A stretch of 64,000 nt of DNA from Octopus sinensis (taxonomy: Eukaryota). Under the pieces are notes generated by a model. The model made no database searches. It had not been told where the DNA came from and saw nothing but the letters and a program-made list of their open reading frames with translations. The translations under genes and the position numbers were made by a program. This document shows, in pieces, positions 42,101 to 54,100 of this stretch; the first letter of the stretch is position 1, and the number at the start of each line of letters is the position of its first letter. The DNA lies in contig NC_043007.1 of the NCBI RefSeq assembly GCF_006345805.1, positions 71,300,001 to 71,364,000 on the forward strand. The letters run 5' to 3'.

Positions 42101-45100
42101 TTCTAGTTTATCTTGTGTGTGTGTGTAGTGTAGTGTGTTAGAATGATGGAATATTCTTTTTTTCCTTTGCATGTTATTTATTTTTCCCTCCATATCTTCC
42201 ATTTATTCTATCTATTTCCAGGCAAAAGCATTTAACAAACACACCAAACAAAAGTGATTCTTTATCAAAGAAAGGCAACAAGATAGTCCTCGATGGTTCT
42301 GACTGCCGATTTGTGTTTCGAAAACGTGTCTATCGTCATGTGCATGATATTCCCAAAGATCCTGTAGAATATCACTTACTCTTCGCTGAAGCTGTTCACA
42401 AAGTGGTTGAAGTAAGTTCTGTTATACATCTAGGTTCAGGATTTGGATTTATAATAATACCTTGTTTCTCATTGATATTTCTTTTGATTCATCTTAAAAC
42501 AACAATTAAAAAATACCTCTTGTGTTTCATGTTTGTGTGCTAAAAAATATAATGATGAGTTACATATTTCCTATTACACAAATATCTAAAGAAATAGCTA
42601 TGAAAAAGTTATTTGGGGATGTTGAATTCAGAAAATTATTGTTAGTAAATGTAAAGAAAAGTGTTAGATGCTTATATTGACAGAGGGCCAACAAATTTAG
42701 CAATTAAACTGAGGATACAGTCTAGTTGATAGCTTGTTACTATTACATCTGTTAGCAACACAGTATTGTTAATAACTCATTGTGATTCTATAAAGCAAGT
42801 ATTTAGTTTTAAAGCTGTTTCTTTGTTCCTTTATAACATTTATTTTTCATTTAGTGAATGTAGTATTTTGTTGCTTTTTTTTTTTTTTTGTTAGTTGCTC
42901 TTTCTTTAGTGTGATGTTATGGTTACTGTGTCTTTATCCATTATAATGCTAATATTGTTATGCTTGGATAATGTAGCAAAAGTGTTAAATGTACCCCTGA
43001 AGTATTGCTGGTTTGTTTGAGAGTAATATTTACACATTTCATACAAATTTCATAATTTTCCTAAAGGTATAAGTATTTTAATGAAGTTGTTCTCACTTGG
43101 AATCAACATCAGGCTGAGATGCAGTTTGTTCAGAAATCAGCTTTGCTGCACTATTGTCTGCTACAGTTACTTAAAAAAATTTGAAATGCCAGATTAGTAG
43201 GGCAAAAGAAAAAAAACGTGAAATTCTAATATTCATACTTCCTAAAAAAGAATTTTAACTACAGAAGTGATTTTTTTTTTATCTGGGAATCAAATGTCAG
43301 TAAAAACCATCTACTTGACCAAGGTATTCATAATAGTTAGTACGTAGTCACTGGCTACTTTATAATTGTATGTTTTATAACATTAATGAAAGCTTGTCTT
43401 TAATATACTCCACTCCAATCACCTTGAATGATAAGCAATGGCTTGACGCTCCCTTGGTTACGATGATGAGGGTTCCAGTTGATCTGATCAACAGAACTAC
43501 CTGCTAGTGAAATTAACGTTTAAGTGGCAGAGCCCAACACGGACACGCATATCCTTAAAGTAGTTCTCAAGGAGATTCAGCACAACATAAAATGTGAAAA
43601 GGCTGTCCCTTTGAATTACTGGTATAACTCATTTTTGCCATCTGAGTGAACTAGAATAATGTGAGATAAAGAATCTTGGGATCTTTTGGTTTGAACGGCA
43701 GTTTTTTCTAGCAGTGTCATATGACATTGTCACCCATAATTATGACCCTAGTATCTATCTATTGCATTTCAATCTGTTTTAGGGTTAGGGGTAGGGAGAA
43801 GGGTATCTTTTTTATTCACAAATGATAATAAACCCGATCTGTTTCTTAAACGAGGGACATATTCATACGGTACAGAATGTTTTTTACCTCAATAGACATC
43901 AGTGATTGGTTGAAATTGCAGAAATTGAAGAAAAATAATAACAAATATCATATAAACTATAGAATTTTCTCAATAAAGCCAAAAGAAAAAGATGTTTTAT
44001 AAACACATTCTACCAGTGTACGAAGTTTAAAATTTTTTAGTTACCTAGAAATTATGTTAAAAACTGCCGTTCAAACCGAAAAGATCCGAGTCTTGCTCTC
44101 AAAGACACAACACACCGCCGAGAATTGAATGCACAATCGTAAGCTGAATGTCCTAATCACTAAGTTATACACTTTCACATTAAGCAATAACATCCATTTA
44201 AAATGCGACTTCATTATCAAATTATTTTCTAATGACATTCTTATAATTCCATGACAATACTTCAGCTATAAAGTCTTATATGGTTCAGAGATTTTAATAC
44301 TAAATAATGTATCAAACGAACAGATTCAACAATTAAAAACTAAATTTAAAAACATATTTTACAGTTTCAAACGTTTGTATTTCTCAAATGTGTATGCAAT
44401 CTTTGTAAATGCAGACTTAATGATATATATGTTGTCTTTTCAGTTGGATGAATTTTCTGTATCAGAGAAAGTCGCCCTTCAACTTGCTGGTTTACAAGCA
44501 CAGGTGATATGGGGAGATTACCATGAAAACAAAGATTTTCGGTAAACATTTTCATCATCTTATTTTTCTATTTGAGTTATCTCCCTTGATATGCTTTAGC
44601 TCAAAGCCAATAACAACAATTTGCTACTGGTCCCAAGTAGTATAAATGTATCTAACTGTACCAGTCTGTTTTGTGAATGCTTTAGTGATATAATTCCTAC
44701 CTTTACTCATCTTTTTTCCTTTTATAATCTCTACTTCTATGACACCAGTGCCTATCTAATAGAATTCTGATTAAATACAAGGCCTGTGCTATTGACGTGC
44801 ACTATATGATTGATATTTTTAAAATCAGTTTTCTACATAATTGGTAAACGAATCGTATGTCTTAACTTTCTTACAAAGCAACACACACACACACACACAC
44901 ACACTCATATACATTAAACATATTACAAACACAGACACACATAAGTAAAAAAATAAATCATTCTGCGATTTGTAGTAATGTGTATCCTCAACAAGTTGAC
45001 TCTCTCTCTCTGTCCCTCCCTCTCTATCTCCCTCCATCCTTCTCTCTCCCTTCCTCCCTCTTTCTCCACCTCTCTCTTCCTTTCTCTTTCTCTCTCTCTC

Positions 45101-48100
45101 TCTCCCTCTCTCTCTATATATATATTGTGTTAAGCTAAGAAGTTGTGCTTGGTACCAGAATTTACAACTTGGGTCAAACGTAACAAACTACACCAAATTG
45201 TTGTTAGAGTCTCCACGTAAGTGGAGTCAAGACCAGCTAGTTTGTGCTGACATTGAGTCATTTATATATATAGAGAGAGAGTTTACGAAAAAAACAAAAG
45301 ATGAAGACAGGTGGTGTACAAAACAAACAGATGTATTAGTATAACGCTCAGGAAGTGAAAAGTCTTTAACGTTTCGAGCCTATGCTCTTCTACAGAAAGG
45401 GACACAGAAATAATATGTATATATTAAATATATAAATAAATATGTGTGTGTGTGTGTATGTATAGGAGACAAAAGTGTATGTATGCCGCTATATGTATAT
45501 ATAAAAAAGAAAACAAAAAATGGAACAACGTAACAGGCGACAACAAAATATCCAGACAGTTAGATAATACAAAAAACAAGGACGGGTCATTTGGAGTTTT
45601 CTATCCTCAGTCGAGTTCTAGATTTTCTTGGCAGTTTTGGCCAGTTACACTCGAGTGTAGCTGGCCAAAACTTCCAAGAAAATCTGGAATTTGATTGAGG
45701 ATAGAAAATGCCGAAGAGTGTAACCAGCCGAAACTGCATACATATATGTATGTAGAAGGTTGAAAATATGTTTATATGTTTGTTTATTTTTTTCAATTCT
45801 TTTTCTTTTTACTAATAATAAACTTTTACTTTTAGTTATGGAGAAGCGAAACAATACCTGTGTGAACGCATATTAGAGGCTGATATGAGTAAAGACTGGG
45901 GAAACTCTATTGCAGAAGCCCACGAAGTAAGCCATGTTTAGTTTCTGATATTCTTCATTTTTAGACATAGCAGAATAGGTCACATCTTGTACATTTAGTA
46001 CATAGTTGTGGGTCTACTAAATAATATCAATAACAAACCAATTTTGCATGTTTTTGACTTTGTATTTATGGATGATAAGACAAAGAGATGACAAAGGAAG
46101 AAATGATTATCTTATTAATTTCATTAATCATTTATTCCTTTGCCATTTCTCTTTCTTATTATCGCTCTATACTTAGCCATCATAGTGTTCTGAAACATTA
46201 CATATATTGAGTTCTACACCAGGGTAATAGTCTTGCAATGCATAAGCAAAATAATAGTGGATGACATATGTTTTCAAAAGACTATAAATAAATTTCAAAT
46301 TGGTACAGTTTCGAAGACAAACGTGTAGTATGCGCTTATAAACAGTGGTTTTTGTAAGATTTATATAAAACATAAAAAAAAAAAATCTGAAATAAAAACA
46401 CCAAAGGTGAAGCAAATGGCCATCAATGATGAATAAATGATAAGAAAAAGAAAATTAATCAATACAATTTCATTTTTCAATTTTCTTTTGAAATCACAAC
46501 TTTGTGCAGTTTTCTCACAAAGTGAGATATCATATGATATAAGACCATAATTACTACTCGAGTTTACATGATTTGTCTTCTCTACATGAACAATTCAATA
46601 TTTATTATCATTAACTTACAGCTGGCACCTATAAAAGATAAGTTGTTGTGTGACCACAATTCTAAATATATTGAGCTGGCAACTAAGTTCCTGTAGTTTT
46701 TTAAAATTTTTAGTTTTTAAAAGGTTTAATAAAAAAAAAAATAACTAATTAATCAATAATGTATTCACCCTTGTTGTTTACAACTTCTTCCCAATGTTCA
46801 ACAAGATTTTCAATACCTTGTTGGTAGAAATCACCTGATTTCGACTTGAAAAATTGATCCAACAAAGCTCTCAATTCTGCATCAGTATTGAATGAAACTC
46901 TGCGCATAGCATTTGAAAGAGATCAAAAAAGGTGGAAATCCATTTATGCCAAACCAGGAGAGTACGGCGGGTGTGGCAGCAATTCTCAGTCATGCGTTTG
47001 AATGGCTTCCTTGGTCATATTGGCAATATGAGGGCAGGCGTTGTTGTGCAGCAGGAGAACTCCATGCTGCCGTTAGGTCTTTTCTCTTGAATAGCCATGT
47101 TGAGTCATTCCTTCTGTTGAACATGAGTTCTCCATTGACCATTTGGTTCCGTTCAAGCAATTCGAAATGAATAATCCCTTCCCAGTCCCACCATAAGCAC
47201 AACATCGTTTTACGCGGATGAAGATCTTGTTTCACGCTTGTTTACTGGGGCTAAGCTATTCCTTACGCTGCTTCATATTGATGTACAGGCACCATTTTTC
47301 GTCGCCACTAACAATTCGGTAAAGAAATCGTTGCTTGTGTCCATGAGTTGAGCGGTGACAAGCAAGCAAACCAGCAGAGATTGTGGCTTGTTGATTTTTG
47401 TTGTTGTCACTTAAAGCATGTGGAACCCATGCTCTGTACTTCTGAACCTTTCCTATCGAGTGAAGATGCTTCTCTATAGCAGTGTGGGAGCATTCCATTT
47501 TCTCTGCCAGTTCCCTTGTCGTTTGATGAGAATTTTTGTGCAAAAGTTGATTTAATTGCTCTTCATTGAACTCAACTGGACAGCCAGAATGAGGTGTGTC
47601 CTTGAGGTAAAAATTTCCATTTTTGAACATGGCATATTCATCATGAGTGGTTCTTTCAGCTATGGCACCCTCTCCATACACAGCACAAATGTCATGTGCA
47701 GCTTTTGCAGCCTTAGAACTTTGATTAAAAGCAAAAAGAAGGAGGTGTTGAAAATGCTCATTTTTCTTAACTTTACATTCCATTTTAACGATCTGAAAAT
47801 AAACAAAAATTAACTAAAATTAACTAGAAAAAAAAAATAGATTCCAAAATTTAAAAATGCAATACATTCCAAAATTTATAAAAATGACAGGAACTTAGTT
47901 GCCAACCCAATATGATACGACAACAGAACTGAAGTTTGCATTTAGATAAATACTATATCAGTTCTCCATCATACAGAGTTTATTGTATTATAATGGACTT
48001 CCTAGACATTAACTTCCTAGACATGATATTCACATTTAAGTTGTCTGAAGAATTAAGACTTGTAACATTTAATCCCAATACTTGTGAAGATAAGTATTTA

Positions 48101-51100
48101 TTTGACATAAGATTTGACATTTGTATCAGACTAACAGAAACTTCTCTCATGTACTATTCAGTCTGCTTTCTTCAATCCTGATGTGGGAAAATAAGTAACT
48201 ATTTGTCAGCTTTTTATAATAACTAAACTGCTCTTGTTACACTAAATTCATGGTCCATTCAAGACCTTAAATTATCCACAAAAACTAGAAATTTATTCTG
48301 TTAGGTAGTTTACTTGTATTCATTGAGTTTGCTATTTTTCAGTTGTCATTTTTTCCCCTTTTTTCTAGCATTATGGTTTGGGAAAGTCAGAAATTGAAGC
48401 AAACGTCTGGTATTTGACGTGTGTAAAACAGTTTCCTCTTTATGGCTGTACATTGTTCTCAATAGTGCATAAAGGATTATGGTCACACACCAGTGACTCC
48501 TTACTTGCTGTCAACATGGATGGAATCAAATTTATTCGTTCTCGGGATAAATCTATTATTCATGACTTTAAGTATTCTGACATCGAGACTATTACATTAG
48601 ATCCAAATGATAACTACATCACATTGGAGCTGTTTAATGAAACAGGTATAGGATGTACACAACGCTGTTTCATGTTTGAAACTCTTTACAAAGAAGATAT
48701 TGGCCATCTTATTGAAAGTTATTCTCCGGCACATGCGACTTGGCTGCGGCCAGAGTACGACAACTGGAAAAAGGTACGCAACATTTTTCTTCAAACTAAT
48801 CTGCATGTCCTCCCTATTAATAACAACTGATACTGCAATCAAGCAATTAGGAAAGCAAAATGTGTTTTCATATAATATACAAATAAAAGCCTCCCACCAT
48901 CTCCTCTTCACCATGTTTCCTGATTTGCTATATGTCCTTACTAAATACATTCCCATCAGATTTAACCAATATTTTCTCCTTTTTGCTATCAGAACCTTGC
49001 TCTCCACATAAACCAATACCTTTGCTATTAACTTTGTTCCTTTACTCGCAATACTCTCAATAATTATGATCAGTTCTTCCTTTTCTTCTTTTACATTGTC
49101 TTCGGTCATTAACTTCTGCAACCATTGTCTCAATTAAATATTCAAGTTTGAAGCAAGGCAGGGAGTGAATTCTATTTTCAGTCTCTGGAAAATTTGAAAA
49201 GACAACTTAATTGCTTTGGAAGCAAAAAGATAACATTTAAAAAATAGCTAAAGACTTAAAGCTTCACTTGTAAAAATATTGGTTTCAAAGTTTGGCATAA
49301 GGCCAGCAGTTTTGGAGGAGTGAGTAAGTCAATTGCATAAATCCCAATGTTTAACTGGTACTTGTAAAAATATTGACATTTGACACTTTGGTAACTTTAT
49401 CTGTTGCGAAAATCATTAGGATTTAAGTGCAAATCTTGGTATGCTTTTCTTTGTCTGGATTGCTTTCTCAAGATCCCTTTTTGACATGTCAGAGGCTACC
49501 AATGGAAGAGCATTGCCAGTGAAACCTTCCTACCAGATGCTTTTACACAGGAATATAAGAAAAATGGTTTAAATCAAAGGTTTTCAACCATTTTTATCTA
49601 TGGACCCCTTTAATTCCTACTTTACTCTGGTAGACCCTCATAGCCATTTGCTGTTTAAAAAATCATATTATATTTTTATACTTAGATATCATAAGGAATT
49701 GTATTAAAAACAGTGTAAAAGTATTTTGAGTATTTTAAAAGCATAACCAATTTTATGCACATAAATTTTAACAACAAAATTTTATATGAACCCCCAAGGA
49801 TCATGTGGACTTCAGTTGAGAACCACTGGTTTAAATGGTTATCTCTTCAGTTATTGTGTGTACCATATTCGCTTCAAATGATATTAAATACCTCGCCTCA
49901 AAACATATGTACTTATATTTTAACACTTTATTCTCATTTACTTCCTCTAATAGATGCGTATGTCAGACGAAGAGAAATTAAAATTATATGAGGAGGTTGT
50001 CAGAACTCGAAGAAAACTTGTTGAAAGTAACATTCTCCAGCGACCCTCACCAGAAGGTGGAGCTAACTTTTTCCGTTCAACACTGCGCAAGTAAGTGGTA
50101 GACAAATATTTCATTTCCATTAATGTAGCAAACTCATCTCAGAAACAATAACAGTTGTATAATCTAAACAGAGTTTGGTTCTGGAATATGTAAGAATTGA
50201 TCTAAAACTGCTGCAACTAACAAATAAAACAACTGAATATTTCAGACCTGCTAAAAGATATTTTACAGAAAGTCTTGTTAAAAGACAATGCCAAGTCTTT
50301 CAATGATTTTCATCGTTTGGCCCAAATATATATTTTTTTTCTTTTAAAGATTCTGTTGTGTCTGGGGAGAGTCATTTTCTTTTTGTGCCTTATAATGTAA
50401 CACACTCACCGGTAAAATTTCCACTTAATTCTTTTTTTTATTTTCCAAAAATTTTCGTTGCATCTTGCAACCTTTTCAAAGATGCTGGAGTGTTTTTCTT
50501 ACAGCTGAAATAGGAGTGATAACAGTTTTTAATATGATAGACATGAAAGAGAAGTCCAGCATTTGAACCTCCTCAGCCAAAGCTGTTGAATCAATGAAAT
50601 ATCTACTAAGATGAAATTATATCTTGGTAACTTACACCAAGCTCAATCTCTCTCATCAAATATTCTGGCTTGGCCATGTTGACTTTATAAGACTTTATAA
50701 TATTTGGCTGATATTACCAAAAATTCATATATCTCCAAAGTCAAATGATGGAAATTATTTTGCTGATTCTTTTATTATTTTTATTTGTTAAGCATTGTTA
50801 ATTTAGAATCAAAGTCTATTTCACCCTTATATTAATAATCAGTAAATTAATTTCAATAATTGCCTTGTTTATGACTGTTAAAGAAAATTTAATATGAATA
50901 TAATGTTTTAGTGAAATACAAGGAAATATGAGGATTATTTTATCTCCAAAAATGTGTTAAATGTCATATTTTTGTGTTGTCTACCTGTTATATATGTATC
51001 ACATACACATATACATATGTGTGTGTGTGTATGTGTGCATATATGAATATATATATATATATATAGACATAGATACATACATACATAACGCATACATTTA

Positions 51101-54100
51101 AAAATTAAATAATGTTATATCTTATATGTTTTCTCCCTGTAGGTTGACTAAAACTAAAATGGAGTATTTGCGGCAATATGCTGAGGCTAGTGGACATGAG
51201 CAGTTTAATGCAGGCTATTGGGCCTACAGTAAAGTCCCCCCCAAACAAGCAATGATGATATTTAAGGAGCAACTTTTAGAAGAAATGGCACTCAAACTAA
51301 CTTCCAGTGTGCTTGCTTTTGCAGGAGTTGAAGATTCAAGTAAGACTAATTGTTTTCTTCTCTCCAAGAAATGATGCTTAAATTATAGATTATTCACATT
51401 AAATATCAAATTTGGTTTTTTAAATTATATTTAAAAGGAAAAAAAATTATCTTTTGTTTGGTCTTTAATGTGAAGCAATTGCTGATTTTTTTTTTAATAA
51501 TCTATAAAAAGGTAGTTGAATATCATCCAGCTAGAAGTTAATTTCTGTATTGAATATTTATTTCAATCAAGTGATAACTATGTCTCAGGCTTCTTTAATC
51601 AAGTAACTAATGCTAGGAATCTAAAGTAAATATTCCAAGTGCTACCTGTTCTTTTAGGGTAGATGAAAGTACCCCAACATGCACTTGTTTTGAGTGATAA
51701 TAAATTATAGTTATTTAGTAGAAAGTATGGCTGAACATTGTATAATTGGTATTTAATTCCAGCATGCTATGTCTTGATTGTAAATCCTGCCGGAGTCAAG
51801 ATTACCTCAATATAATAAAATTCTTGTCAAATTCTGGGGTTAATTTCATTGAGTGATACCTATGTCTCCAAGGCTTCTTTAATTAAGAAACTAATGCTGG
51901 GAATCTCAAGCAAATACTCCATGTGCTGCTTGTTCTTTTAGGGTTAATGAAAGTGGATGCCTCAACACAAATAGTATATCCGAAAATTGCACTGGCTCCA
52001 GATCTATATTGGCAGTGAAAGCCATTATGAAAGAACTATGCTGCAATGTGGTGCATTCTTCATTGTGACTGACACCAGGTGATAAAAGGAGGGGGTGGGC
52101 AGAAGGGATGGTGATGGTGGTGACAGTGAAGAGTTTTGTTTTTGTAGTACAAGTGATCGTTCATTTTAGCTCCGGCTGTAAAGAAACACTTTGAGAATTC
52201 TGTTGAAATTCTTCCATTTATTGAAATCATTCAAGCTAGAACCAATTATAATAGCAACACAAATATAACAAGAATTACAGAGACATGTTAAAGATCTTTT
52301 ATCTTTTATCACTTACTTGTTTCAGTCAGTAGCCTGTGGCCATGCTGGGGCACCACACTAGAGAACTTTTAGTTGAATGAATCAACTCAAGTACTTATTT
52401 TTTTTTAAGCCTGGTATTCTGATTGTCAAGCAGTGCTGGGGACAAATGTAGACACAATCATACATACACACACACACATGCAACAGGCTTCTCTTAGTTT
52501 CCATCTACCAAATCCACTCACAAGGTTTTGGTTGGTCTGAGGCTATAGTAGAAGACACTTGCCAATATTGTCACACAGTGGGACTAAACCCAGAAACACG
52601 TGGTTGGGAAGCAAGCCTCTTACCACACAGCTGCAAGTTTTAATACTTTCATGGAATTCATTAAATTTGATTAAAATTTGCTTAAAATATGTGAAACAAC
52701 TGACATAACATGTCATGCAATTCTCACACAGATTAATTTGTTGAAGACATTCTATGGTGATGTAGAAATACTACTAACGTCACCCTTTTCAAGCCTAGCC
52801 AGGCTCACGGGCCCGGTTTCCCTGTTTCTGTAGCGTATGTGTTCCACCCAGCTGGACGGGACACCAGTCCATCGCAGCGTTACTCAAGAAACAGAAAGAG
52901 AGAGTGAGAAAAAGTTGTGGCGAAAGAGTACAACAGGTGTCACTACCACACCCTGTCAGAGCCTCGTGGAGCTTTTAGGTGTTTTCGCTCAATAAACACA
53001 CACAATGCCCGGTCTGGGAATCAAAACCACGATCCGCTGCCCTAACCACTGGGCCATTGTGCCTCCAGAAATACTACTAAGACAATGTAGAATATATGAT
53101 GATAAAATTCAAGTAACACTGTCATATACCCCTGGACATATGACTGTCTTCAGATATATATTTAATTATTTCACTCACCTTTACTAATTGTGACAATTAT
53201 CATGAGAGTTATATCCTTGCTGTATTCAACAAAGTCTGATGCATTATGTTTTTTTCTGCTTGAATAAAAGTGATGTTGTATTTCTATTTCAGTTTGCGAT
53301 ATAAATGAAATGATAGAATTAATTCAAACATTCATACAGAGGTGTATGGAATGTGTGTTTTTGTGTGATGAATTATATCTTCAAGCAATTAAGCAGACAA
53401 CAGACCATCCAGGTAAGGAAATATTACATCTCTCATCTTACTAACATATAAATCTCTCAGATATTTTGGGCTTTGTTGTGGATGTCGAATAAGACCAAAA
53501 CTTGCTCAGAGTTGTCACCATACTTACCAAAGATCAGTTTAACTCTCTACATCTTGCTCACATTTAATTTTAAATTTAATTTAAATTATGAAGTTGTCTG
53601 CCCTACCTTTTTTTTTACTAGAATTAATCATTAACCTAATGATTTTGCCTCTTCACTATATGTGTGATTTTAATTCATTAAAAGTCATTTTTGGCTTGCT
53701 ACAATAAATATGTTAGCAGCTACATAACTGTTTGTTGATCATGCAGGAAGTGTACTGGGTAATTTCTTCCAGTCATTTTTATATCTTCAGACTAGAGTGT
53801 TATTTATTAGATGATAGGCAATGTTACAAATATACTTTAAGGCGGTGAGCTGGCAGAAATGTTAGCACGCCGGGCAAAATTCTTGGCGGTATTTCATCTG
53901 CTGCTACGTTCTGAGTTCAAATGAGATATGAGTCTTGAATGTAGAAGATTTGAGAAGACTAGAAAGAAAAGAAAAGAAGTGAGCATGCATCATTGGATGT
54001 GCAACGTAAGTGTGCTTAAATAACAAAGCACAAATATGTTGGGAGAAAAACTGAGCATAAGAGGAATTACATGAAGTGTGCAAGAAAAAAGATTGCACTG

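Noticed and set aside
45680-45715. Second hammerhead in the palindrome arm (TGAGGA...CCGAA)
   Set aside because: The core spacing and stem II do not fit the hammerhead consensus.
48597-49133. 178-aa minus-strand ORF
   Set aside because: It is the antisense shadow of exon 9 plus intron and has no recognisable domain.
50340-50990. Possible non-autonomous DNA transposon
   Set aside because: It looks like a repeat from memory, but I could not find TIRs, a TSD or a second copy in the window.
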